Source: a virus
Lineage: Duplodnaviria > Caudoviricetes
Length of the DNA stretch: 64,000 nucleotides
Direction: 5' to 3' (one strand)
Virus record (IMG/VR): IMGVR_UViG_3300030433_002269
Coordinates: 18,715 to 82,714 of that record
The notes beneath the pieces are model-generated. The model was given only the letters and a program-made list of their open reading frames with translations. It ran no database searches and had not been told where the DNA came from. The stretch's first letter is position 1. Each line of letters starts with the position of its first letter. The position numbers were made by a program, and so were the translations under genes. Shown here piece by piece: positions 38,701-47,041 of the stretch.

Positions 38701-41378
38701 GCAAGATGAATATCATGAATCAAATCCTCTATATCATTGTTAATGAATTCCAATTCCTTTAACTCCTGTGGTCCAACTTTACCACTCAGGAAACCAAATT
38801 CTGCAGGCAGTTGCGGAGCATCTCCAATAGTATTATCTTGAGCATTCAAAGGAGCCCTAGCAAGTCCTCTTTCCGCTATCTTTCTTTGTATAGCGGCAGA
38901 AGAGCGTAATCGCTTATTTTCAGACCGAGTTAATCTAGTAATAAATTTACCATATTCTCGACGACTAGCGGGTAGATATGTATCGTCTTTTCCTCTAACC
39001 TTACTTAATGCTAAAGATGCAGGGGTTCTGGGGTGAATAGTACCATCTGGTGTACGAAGACCAGCATTTATTTCTCTAAGTAAACGGTTGTTAGTAGCAG
39101 AAGAATGTGACGACATTGCCGGATTTTTGGCACCTGCTACCCCTTTACCGGCATGGATTTGTCTGTTATGGTCATTGAGTACATCTACAGGGCCAATTCT
39201 GAATTGCAAATCCTTATACTTCTCTTGATAGATTTCTTCTTCCCGTACTCTACCATCTTCGCCAATTGCTCTCTTGTGGGTCCTAGGCCTTTTACCTATA
39301 TTTATTATAGTATCTTTCTCCTTCCTTGGGTCTCTTCTTACTTCTATACCAGCAGGTGCAATCCTAGCAAAGGCAATGCCTGCTTGGTCAGTAAAGTCCG
39401 TTACTTCACCAGAGGCATCTTTGAGAGTGAACATACTAGGATACGCACTATCGAATTCCCTGTCTCCAGAAGGGCCTCTAATTGACACAGGGGTAGCGTC
39501 TTCACTTTCATAATAAGCAAGCATATCATGAAGTAGGTCTCTAATTACAGGTTTAGTTAATTGCAATCCACCGTGACCAGCCCATATTTTAGAAAAGTGA
39601 TTTTTGAGTCCGGTCCTTCTACCAGCCAAAAGACTACCTTCGTCGAAGTAATCTTCTGACAAGTAATTAGCCGCTAATACATTATGTGAATTTCTTGCTA
39701 AAGATGCCATGAAAGGTTCTAATTTACGATTATCCATATTGTCTATAGCCGCTTCAATGTCTTCTTGTCGAATATCATGGCCAATCTCATCAATGCCACG
39801 CTGCTGTTGCCCAAGAATGAGTCTTTCTGCCTCGTCATAAGGTTTAACCCAATCTTCACCCCATAAAGGATGTTCACCCGATTCGTAGAATTGCATGGTA
39901 TTAGGGTTTATACCTACAGCCATAAGGAAACCTTCACGGGTCCAATTAGTAACATCTAATGGGGAATACTCGCCGTTGTGTATCGACCTTCTTTTGAAAA
40001 TAAACCTGTTCTCTTTTGGAGACCAGATAGGAATATCAGACTTATCATCAAGTGTTTCACCATAAGCATCATGGATTAATTCTCTTAACTCTTCAGCCAT
40101 GTTATATCCCATAGAGTTGTGGATATGGTCAGGTCTAGCGTCAGGACTATGTGGTACATGTTCTCTAAATTTTTCACTATTCTCAGCAATGTGCTCATGG
40201 TCTCTTTCAAAGAAATCGAAGTAAGCATCACCCCTTGAAATTATGTTAGCCTGTAAATTACCAGTCGAAATTTTAGTACCATCAGCGAAGGTGATATACC
40301 TGTTATGCTCTTCTTCTGGGTTAAAGCCGTGTTCTCTTTGATGGTCATACACCTTGGTCCTTTCAACAGGGTCGAGCATAACTAGCCCCATCATCCAATC
40401 CATCATACCTACACCTTCCTGATGTGGAACACCATTAGAATCGACAAACTGCTGGTCCTGTAGCATAGCAGTCTTCATCAATTGCATCATGTGCATATCC
40501 TCAATCTGCTTATCGGTAAAAGGATAATCGGGATACTGTCGATTTAATTTTTCTTTAGTCCGCTGCAAGGCCCTCTGGTAAAGTGCAAAGGGTGTACCAG
40601 TAGCACTAACAGGACCTAAGTAATCGTTACTATTGTAAGGGTTCAAGTGATGATTATTAGCCTCATTCACCATAGCCATTAATGTATCATGTTGGTCTTG
40701 TGCTATCGTCTTGTTAGGATTTTCTTCAGAAGGTTGAGTGAAGAAATCATATAAGTTTTTCAAGTAATAGGGGACAGTTATTGGTTGGCCTCCTATCTCT
40801 ATAGTAAAAGGGTCATGCATCGGATTCATAGCATTTAGTAAATCTATGTTATTGTAAGGAACAGTGTCATCGTCAGTAGTAGACATACCCGGCCAATTTC
40901 TACCAACTATTGCAGGGTGAGATGTCTCTACAGGCATAAAGGGATGGTCGGGCCTACTGATATTTTCGATATAATTTGGTAGACCCTCCATATCTTCGTA
41001 ACTTTCTATCACTTCTTGCGACTGCATTGGTGCGCTTGCCATAGCAGCAGCCTGCTCTTGTGTATAATAACCAGTGAATTGCGGGCCTTCTTCTACAACC
41101 TCACCTACTACTAGTTCATCAGACTGCTGTGCAGGTGCTGGCTGTGCAGGCATTTGCCAATCCATACCAGCATACGGGTCTTCTTCTGCTTTAGCCAGTC
41201 TAAGGAGCGCCTTCTCATCGCTAGGCATATCGTAATACAAATCGCTACGCCATATATTTTCGTAGCAAGATAGGTATTCTTTGGCAGCCTCAGACTTACC
41301 AATACCATCTATGAGTGAAGCATAGAATATCTGACGGGCCCTAGCCAAAGTAACCTCAGGAGACTCCACATTCATCAC
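35709..41378 (-). CDS. Large head-module protein (1889 aa) with degenerate ATP-dependent DNA ligase domain near the C-terminus
   Basis: About 36360-37205: LQPMH, VTAWPRGSR (motif I position, Lys absent), FLIDT, HVLDLIEYDG..ERMKIL, LLLRDANSTY..HPKWV, then OB-like YMDVGT. Confidence 0.75.
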   Translation of the reverse strand: MMNVESPEVTLARARQIFYASLIDGIGKSEAAKEYLSCYENIWRSDLYYDMPSDEKALLRLAKAEEDPYAGMDWQMPAQPAPAQQSDELVVGEVVEEGPQFTGYYTQEQAAAMASAPMQSQEVIESYEDMEGLPNYIENISRPDHPFMPVETSHPAIVGRNWPGMSTTDDDTVPYNNIDLLNAMNPMHDPFTIEIGGQPITVPYYLKNLYDFFTQPSEENPNKTIAQDQHDTLMAMVNEANNHHLNPYNSNDYLGPVSATGTPFALYQRALQRTKEKLNRQYPDYPFTDKQIEDMHMMQLMKTAMLQDQQFVDSNGVPHQEGVGMMDWMMGLVMLDPVERTKVYDHQREHGFNPEEEHNRYITFADGTKISTGNLQANIISRGDAYFDFFERDHEHIAENSEKFREHVPHSPDARPDHIHNSMGYNMAEELRELIHDAYGETLDDKSDIPIWSPKENRFIFKRRSIHNGEYSPLDVTNWTREGFLMAVGINPNTMQFYESGEHPLWGEDWVKPYDEAERLILGQQQRGIDEIGHDIRQEDIEAAIDNMDNRKLEPFMASLARNSHNVLAANYLSEDYFDEGSLLAGRRTGLKNHFSKIWAGHGGLQLTKPVIRDLLHDMLAYYESEDATPVSIRGPSGDREFDSAYPSMFTLKDASGEVTDFTDQAGIAFARIAPAGIEVRRDPRKEKDTIINIGKRPRTHKRAIGEDGRVREEEIYQEKYKDLQFRIGPVDVLNDHNRQIHAGKGVAGAKNPAMSSHSSATNNRLLREINAGLRTPDGTIHPRTPASLALSKVRGKDDTYLPASRREYGKFITRLTRSENKRLRSSAAIQRKIAERGLARAPLNAQDNTIGDAPQLPAEFGFLSGKVGPQELKELEFINNDIEDLIHDIHLAQEEGDEDKAHALMEEKQDREDMKSEFMKKFGIPKDSKHDEMRKTKQHHDAMVVRDIAAKLRQDYEAQHGPLFDPTNIELSKARAFSLLRAAEVKANRMPTGSGYTTMGNSHTMVDRPISEDMQAIHSAAKDFVHGNGDHISLDMEPEGIMSKLGMDTLDGLPYVMFLQQLDELKGEYNDYRRRISRAPSRERAMELGQEANEIKEEWSAGQERAKEYQHNRRLVERMRNHMTKISDRFGLDKNDIFRVMNINQMLEGLPDEDREVYYDTLVREFNHDYVARESKGIKNLQNQLGLGWVHADSKDPEKPKESTHTVGRQVTSKPKGEERDEIARYLKEQRLGSYLISAPFGDKATNKRYHDYKFGEVPVGGASGPNGYGITSHFSSKGLGAHGGHKFDTDLHVAVDSDGSHHFVRLPQSKSIVVPNWSKEDVSAVLPEILPLMGPHNEDTMDEQRRGAYFRIQRGGHSMSIRPIIQMSDGPTLLASLTNPDILYKSAEGMPFLQPMHRIFELDDLEHLRGFTGDWMVTAWPRGSRHFVERKGDDVKSWSAVKGEKSLLTDENKESLLKISKKDFLIDTVCVGDECHVLDLIEYDGKGVHDMNIIERMKILRGAMESHEKVLLPAAHNTRLTDDAGLEVAVNNLSKEHDRLLLRDANSTYIKGEHRHPKWVVLEKGSDVNLIVLDCKGKGPYTYQLGTGPITNFEEIGDRAVEFDGEHYMDVGTIFSTDKKYEKGDIVQVNVDSVTQTEQSDGHKVYTINGGDITDDAEGEGISSAETLGMLSKSSDIWPHEITRKGERLNITFSVGDISYRTTPTDEGWAIHSPRADNDYLIRLSESQRPYWSPVVGVMLKAGLEMSEDEHKAEVHESEGDAKPLIEPKKVKGTDYWGDKDYGRVLVKGFTLIEKLLKSGVGAVGHASSGTQGLGIDYATPIESPTGPTSLRDDSTMPDFDNRHRPGEDPEKEEEEPHDSVSIDHGVVATPEGVLTVTQDSATFKTH

Positions 41379-41385
41379 CCGCCGT

Positions 41386-41781
41386 TCAGTGTAGACGGCG
41401 GGACAGATTGTCGAGAGATTTGCGGATTTCCATCACTGCGTCGTCTGACTTCTTTAGTGGGGCACCTTTGCCCTCAGTGAGGTGTGCCGCCAAAGTACTA
41501 GGGTAAGTTGGATTCTTTGATTCGAGGTCTACATTTTCTTTCTTGGGCTTTTTAGCCTTGACATCCTCGACTTCTATTGGAACATTGTTAGTGTTATAGT
41601 GAGCACTCCTGACTTCAGTGCCTCCGCCTACTTCTGTAGCAAAATGACTTGGTCCGATTTTGGACCCTTCTTTCTGACCCTTGAAGTCAGGCTCAGCCTT
41701 AGAAAGACGCTCTTCAAGTGCCTTTGCTTCCATAAGCATAGTTTCGATTGTGCGAGTAGGTGGGTCCCATCTTGGCTTCAT
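41386..41781 (-). CDS. Hypothetical head-module protein (131 aa)
   Basis: SD GAGTGA; several xxK-A/S sites. Confidence 0.65.
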   Translation of the reverse strand: MKPRWDPPTRTIETMLMEAKALEERLSKAEPDFKGQKEGSKIGPSHFATEVGGGTEVRSAHYNTNNVPIEVEDVKAKKPKKENVDLESKNPTYPSTLAAHLTEGKGAPLKKSDDAVMEIRKSLDNLSRRLH

Positions 41782-41791
41782 ATTATCACTC

Positions 41792-42133
41792 TCAGTTCTT
41801 TGCTTGCTCTGCTAGAGCATGGATGTCATCCCAAGAAGTATTATGGAAACCTTCGTTGGTTGTCGGTAATGTTAGGTCATCACCCTTTAGGAATATATCA
41901 TCTTGCCCCACATCGTTTCTAAAAATATCAGGCTCGACATCTCTTGGCATAGAAGTAGTAGCCCTTACGAATCCGGCCTTTCTCAGCATCTGTGCTGGGT
42001 CCTTTACCATATTCTTTAGAGCAGCATTCTCGGCCTTCAGTAGTTGAAGGTCACTATCCATGCTTTCCATTTTAGAAATAAGTGTGCTCATTAGTCTCTC
42101 TGCGACATCGCCCTCTTTCGATTCGTCAGACAT
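41792..42133 (-). CDS. Scaffold-like protein (113 aa)
   Basis: N-terminal coiled coil; C-terminal SWDDIHALA mirrors SWDEVHNLA of the protease-scaffold. Confidence 0.55.
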   Translation of the reverse strand: MSDESKEGDVAERLMSTLISKMESMDSDLQLLKAENAALKNMVKDPAQMLRKAGFVRATTSMPRDVEPDIFRNDVGQDDIFLKGDDLTLPTTNEGFHNTSWDDIHALAEQAKN

Positions 42134-42142
42134 TTATTCACC

Positions 42143-42526
42143 TCAGTATAATCTGTTACCAGTTAGTCGGCGGTTCTGTGGACCGACACGACTGGTTCGG
42201 ATGTGGCCCGGTAAGACTTTGTCAGTAGGTGCATGGACATATCTGTCAGGTGAGACCTTAATGACCGGCACTCCACCTGCGAAGATTTCGTTAGGGCCCA
42301 TAGCCACTTTTTCTTCTGCCTTGTAGATTGCAGTGTCTACTCCCTTTTGCAACTGACTTGCAGCGGCCATAAGACCGTTCAAGTGCTCACTTGCAGCGTT
42401 TCCATCATTCTCTTCCATTGCCTTGTAGAATCCATCTACGCAAGCCTTGAGTCTTCTTGCGAACGGGTCTAACTTCTTCAGGTCCATGTTCATCCCATCA
42501 CCTACTTTATCTTTAACCTTACTCAC
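42143..42526 (-). CDS. Hypothetical head-module protein (127 aa)
   Basis: GTGA overlap with the portal stop; helical N-half. Confidence 0.6.
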   Translation of the reverse strand: MSKVKDKVGDGMNMDLKKLDPFARRLKACVDGFYKAMEENDGNAASEHLNGLMAAASQLQKGVDTAIYKAEEKVAMGPNEIFAGGVPVIKVSPDRYVHAPTDKVLPGHIRTSRVGPQNRRLTGNRLY

Positions 42527-44286
42527 GCACCCTTGAATTGCCGTGCGTTAAGTATACCTTGAGATGCTTGCTGAACTGCACCCGGTTGAGAGCCTCTTTG
42601 TTGAACACTAGAAAACGGTGCACCTGCTCCCATACTGGTTCTATTCTGAGGGCTTGCAGGGCCTCTATTCCTCATTCCCATCCCCTCTCCGCCGGGATTA
42701 GCCATACCCGCCATACCAGCGGCGGCTTGCCCACCCATCACGCCCGCTAATTGCGGAGGAATATTACGACCCGGTAATTGACCGGGGTTAGCCATAGGTT
42801 GCCCCGGCATACCCATACCCGGCATACCCATACCCGGCATGCCCGGTTGGCCACCCATTTGCTGTGGGGCCGGTTTGTAGATGAATCGAATATCTCTGTT
42901 ACCTTCTTCGATAAGTTCAGGTTGGAAACCAAGCATAACCATACGCTGAGCGATGTTGACTTCCATCTCATCACGGCGTAGTCTGGTAACCTCATCCTCT
43001 TCTTCATTCGGATAAAGTGTAAGTTTCCAATCGCTAATGTCTAATTGCTCCATCATTCTAGGGAATAGATTCTCAGTATACACTTTGTGTCCACGCTCTA
43101 CAGCACGGTTAGTTACAAGAATCTGCATACCTTCATTGTTAAGTCCACCAGACTTACCGGTGTCCATCATGAATACATTTGACACACCATAGAAAGAAGC
43201 AATGCGCTGACGCATTTCATCACGGGCAGGTATGTATTGCATCTCTTCAAGTGTGTCCATGAACTTAGTCCAGTTTACAGCACCTTTACCACCCTGTGCT
43301 TCGACAGCAACCTTAGGGATGTAATGTGGGTCACGCTCCATCTTTTCATCCATTACTTTGAAGAAAGACTTCATGGACTCAAGATTATCAGTAGATACAG
43401 AAATCAAACCTCTTGGGATTCTTCTTCTGCTGTAAGCAGTATACATGTAATTGTCCATTGCTGTCAAGGTCATAGCCTGTCGCCATAGAGTAGAAACAGG
43501 TGACCTACCATACAACTTAGAAGGCTGATACTTACTTACATGTAGCACCTCTCCTTCAAGGTAATACTGTGTCTTACCTGCACCTGCAGTATTGACATAA
43601 TGAACATCCTCTAGTTTGTGACCGCATATACTACAAGTATGCTCTTCTTCGATAAAGGATTTAACTTCGCTACGGTGCAAAGGACATACTTTGTATCTAC
43701 CTCCTCTTACACCACGCTTGTCAGCAATGATACGCATAAAGATAGGGTCGCCTCTAATGACCTCTCTTACTCTATAGAAATCGATATCCTTAGTATCAGG
43801 ATTCTGATAGTATTCTTTGACCAGTATCATGTAAGCGTCATCCATGATATTGAGGTCATACTCAATTTCACGAAGCACATCAATGAACTCTTGTTCCATA
43901 GAGTTGCGTTGCTGCGTCAACCACTTACCATAAACAAGTTGACTTGGGTCAGGGTCGGACAATTCCATGTGACCACAGTTCTGACACTGCTCTACATCGT
44001 GCTGGTGCTCATGACCACAGTTCTGACATTTCTTATGGAATGCCTTTTCCCAATAATAACCTCTTCTAAATATTTCTTGCTGAAGGGTAGTAAGCACAGT
44101 TCTTAGAATGAGGTTTTCGTTAGAAACTGCATAAAGAGCAGGGATAGTAATACCCTGAACTAATACTGGTTCTTGTATACCAGTGCTCCACAAAGGCATT
44201 TGCGGTGCAGGTGTACGCCTACGCCTAAATGCCCCTGCTAAGGAGTCAAGCATTCTTCCTACTCTACTACGGTCTTTCTTCGCCAT
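42523..44286 (-). CDS. Portal protein with two zinc ribbons and M/P/G/Q-rich tail (587 aa)
   Basis: EVLHVSKYQPSKLYGRSPV, RQRIASFYGVS..GGLNNE; CQNC..CQNC and CPLH..CSIC. Confidence 0.85.
   Translation of the reverse strand: MAKKDRSRVGRMLDSLAGAFRRRRTPAPQMPLWSTGIQEPVLVQGITIPALYAVSNENLILRTVLTTLQQEIFRRGYYWEKAFHKKCQNCGHEHQHDVEQCQNCGHMELSDPDPSQLVYGKWLTQQRNSMEQEFIDVLREIEYDLNIMDDAYMILVKEYYQNPDTKDIDFYRVREVIRGDPIFMRIIADKRGVRGGRYKVCPLHRSEVKSFIEEEHTCSICGHKLEDVHYVNTAGAGKTQYYLEGEVLHVSKYQPSKLYGRSPVSTLWRQAMTLTAMDNYMYTAYSRRRIPRGLISVSTDNLESMKSFFKVMDEKMERDPHYIPKVAVEAQGGKGAVNWTKFMDTLEEMQYIPARDEMRQRIASFYGVSNVFMMDTGKSGGLNNEGMQILVTNRAVERGHKVYTENLFPRMMEQLDISDWKLTLYPNEEEDEVTRLRRDEMEVNIAQRMVMLGFQPELIEEGNRDIRFIYKPAPQQMGGQPGMPGMGMPGMGMPGQPMANPGQLPGRNIPPQLAGVMGGQAAAGMAGMANPGGEGMGMRNRGPASPQNRTSMGAGAPFSSVQQRGSQPGAVQQASQGILNARQFKGA
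42803..42840. repeat. 15-bp tandem repeat (CCCGGCATACCCATA, about 2.5 copies) encoding MPGMG
   Basis: Read directly from the sequence in the portal 3' end. Confidence 0.8.
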
Positions 44287-45506
44287 CAGGCCTCACCTCT
44301 GTATGATTGTATGATTTCCCGCATGGAAGACGCTTCCTTTTCACTGTTACTGGTAACAAATACTCCCATTGCTTTAGCAATAGTCTGCTTATCTTCTAAG
44401 TGTGGCAACATACCTGCCAATAATTTAGCCACTTCATCATGACCATAGAACACCACTTTATGTTCCATCAAATCCTTCTTAATGACATTATCTAACTGAA
44501 GGCTACCAAAGCCCAAGTGCGTATGTAAGTCAACGCAATGCCTTCTACCTTCCATACCTTTACTGACAAAAATTGCTCTGGGCTCATCCCTTTCAGTGAT
44601 TGTAAGGCGACCACTGTGGTCCATGAACCCAGCAGCATAAGGCCATACATCCTTTATGACAAGACCAGAATTATCCATTATCATATACTCACTTTTTCTG
44701 TGACCCTTGACAATAGCAATCTCTTCGCCATACATCTTGAGTAACTTAGCCAATTGATTACTCTCAAGTCGCTTAGCACCTTTACCAATCAATCGCTCGG
44801 TGATTCTACGAGCAGTAAGCGGGCCTTCTTGTTTTAGAATCTCAGCGGAGTCTAGTAGCCAATTTTGCTGCATCTTATTGAGAGTGTCAAATTGATGTAG
44901 GGTGTTATGCCAAGTCTTTCTGGCAGATTGCCTTTCTTGCATAGCATTCTCCCAAGCCGCCCTTTCTTCTTCTCCCCATACATCTTCATACTGGTCTAGC
45001 ATTTTGAGCGCCGCATCTGCCGATTCCCATTGTTGACAAGCCCTAACAAGAGAGGCTTCCCTAGAGTTACCAAACAGTCTGAGTGACTTGAGTGCCCTTT
45101 CTGAAAGCCCTAACTCTTTGATTACAGAGTGATAATTATCTGCCCACGGTAATGAATCCAGTGTGGCTTGAATCTCAGCCTCCTTAAGAATTTCAACAGC
45201 CTTTTTGATTTCTTCAAACTCTTCGCCCATTCCAACTTCAGTAGCCTTGTTGAGGGTAGCGAGTACTTGGTCGGCACTTTGACCTAAATGGGTTTCAAAG
45301 ATACCCGCCCCATTAGGTGGGAATGAAGGCCTGATATGTTGCACATGTTGCTCTTTACGGATAGCGTCTTGTGCTATCTTAATTGCAGCACCCGGATTAG
45401 ATTTCAGCATGGGATGAGATGCGAGAGTAGAAGCGACCATAGTCCTAAGTTCGTCACCGAGGTCGATGATAGAATCAACTCTACCTACTACCGTCGATGA
45501 CCACAT
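44286..45506 (-). CDS. Protein with degenerate C-terminal LAGLIDADG domain (406 aa)
   Basis: WPYAAGFMDHSGRLTI resembles the LAGLIDADG helix; helical N-domain and winged-helix-like segment precede it. Confidence 0.6.
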   Translation of the reverse strand: MWSSTVVGRVDSIIDLGDELRTMVASTLASHPMLKSNPGAAIKIAQDAIRKEQHVQHIRPSFPPNGAGIFETHLGQSADQVLATLNKATEVGMGEEFEEIKKAVEILKEAEIQATLDSLPWADNYHSVIKELGLSERALKSLRLFGNSREASLVRACQQWESADAALKMLDQYEDVWGEEERAAWENAMQERQSARKTWHNTLHQFDTLNKMQQNWLLDSAEILKQEGPLTARRITERLIGKGAKRLESNQLAKLLKMYGEEIAIVKGHRKSEYMIMDNSGLVIKDVWPYAAGFMDHSGRLTITERDEPRAIFVSKGMEGRRHCVDLHTHLGFGSLQLDNVIKKDLMEHKVVFYGHDEVAKLLAGMLPHLEDKQTIAKAMGVFVTSNSEKEASSMREIIQSYRGEA

Positions 45507-45520
45507 TTCAATCTCCCCTT

Positions 45521-45535
45521 TTTGTGGTCACTAAA
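45521..45535. promoter_or_regulatory. Putative operator TTTGTGGTCACTAAA
   Basis: Near-identical to 62662-62676; 15-30 nt upstream of ATG 45506. Confidence 0.45.
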
Positions 45536-45556
45536 TCAACCCACTTTAAGTTATGG

Positions 45557-47041
45557 TCAGGCGACAAACCAATTCACCCCTGCCACACTCCTAGTGTCAG
45601 AACCACCATCCAACCAATTACCAAATTCTGGCATGTAATCATCAAGGTCAATGACTGCACCTCTGAACTGCTTAGTAGCCCAGTTAGCAAGAGCCAAAGC
45701 CATTGCCAAGTCATCGTGTACACCAACAGACTCTAGTCGACCTTTCTTGGTCATACCAAATCTGTTCAGTTGTGTCTCAAGGGTTCTTGTGAACTCTTTG
45801 CTCTTTTCGTCACCCCAAGGGGTCTTGATTCTACCTTGCTCAAATGCCATCAGTAGTGACATGAACATACTTTCCTTCTTTTGCCTTGTAGTCATGAAGG
45901 TCCTGATAGGAATGTCATTACGCATTTCTCGCAACTCTGCCTCAAACATTCGCTGGAAATTGTTACCTTCAAGTTTGATAAGGTCAGGTTGGAACCTGTG
46001 GTTGAGTAATACGACTTGTTTCTTCTGTGCTGCCCCGGATAGTCCCTTTTCATTAAGAGCGAATACAATCTGCTTGTGTTCACTATCGGGTAACATTCTG
46101 ATACCGACCATTGCCGTGTAGTCAGCGTTTGAATCTGAAGCAATTGCAGGGTCCCAACCAAAGAAGTGTTGACCATATACGCCATTGGGCTCACCGTTTT
46201 CATCATAATCGGTGTCAGCCTTGTGCATCAATGTCAATTCAGGGTCTCTTGCCTTCTCCAAGATATCTGCTGGGAACATACTTGACATATCGTGAATAGG
46301 CTCACACAGATACTCACGAGCGAATTTGATAGCAGGCATAGATGCCTCACGCTGGCGCAGTGCATCGAGTGGCCATCTACTAGGCCAAAGCGGCTCGCCA
46401 TTAGATAGAATAGCGGGATAAGTCTCAACCTTGAATGTATCTTTCTGTTCAAGTTCAGCGTAAAGGTCATTGTAACTGAACGGTGTTCCTACCATCATCA
46501 GGCGACCTGTGTGGTGAAGAACAGGTAAAAGAACAGTATAGAACCAATCAGCGGCTCTCTGAAGTTCAGTTGCAGTAGTTCCCCATAGGATATCGTCACA
46601 TACTACAACATCAGGGTGGAAACCACGAGTAGCACCACCAACCGACTTAGCCATCATACGGCTACCATTGCTGAATTCAAAGTAAGATTTATTCCAAGGT
46701 CTACCTGCTGGCTTAAGGTGTTTAATTACCGGATTAGTATCGATAAGATTTCTGATAAAGCGCATGTGTTCTAATGTCTGCTCTAAAGAGTGACTGAACA
46801 CCATAACATGCGTGCCCGGATTAAACGCTGCAATCCAAAGAGCATAACTCATGAAAAATACAGATTTGCCGTGGTCACGGCTCGCTTTAACACAGTAGTA
46901 TCTGTTCTCGTTAAGTCCCTGTTCCCACTGACCATGATGTTTAGAATAGTCAAATTCGAGCATTTCCTCAAAAAAATAACGAAATGATTTGGTGCACATT
47001 TCCCTATCCATTTCTAGGATAAACTGCTCGGTGTCGGTCAA
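45557..47041 (-). CDS. terL: Terminase large subunit (494 aa)
   Basis: Walker A ASRDHGKS, Walker B VVVCDD, coupling motif VGTP, nuclease GWDPA, LEGN and HDDLAMALAL. Confidence 0.93.
   Translation of the reverse strand: MTDTEQFILEMDREMCTKSFRYFFEEMLEFDYSKHHGQWEQGLNENRYYCVKASRDHGKSVFFMSYALWIAAFNPGTHVMVFSHSLEQTLEHMRFIRNLIDTNPVIKHLKPAGRPWNKSYFEFSNGSRMMAKSVGGATRGFHPDVVVCDDILWGTTATELQRAADWFYTVLLPVLHHTGRLMMVGTPFSYNDLYAELEQKDTFKVETYPAILSNGEPLWPSRWPLDALRQREASMPAIKFAREYLCEPIHDMSSMFPADILEKARDPELTLMHKADTDYDENGEPNGVYGQHFFGWDPAIASDSNADYTAMVGIRMLPDSEHKQIVFALNEKGLSGAAQKKQVVLLNHRFQPDLIKLEGNNFQRMFEAELREMRNDIPIRTFMTTRQKKESMFMSLLMAFEQGRIKTPWGDEKSKEFTRTLETQLNRFGMTKKGRLESVGVHDDLAMALALANWATKQFRGAVIDLDDYMPEFGNWLDGGSDTRSVAGVNWFVA

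Noticed and set aside
44286-47041. Intein or intron-encoded homing endonuclease in or next to terL
   Set aside because: terL is continuous and of normal size with no intein termini; the LAGLIDADG ORF is free-standing.
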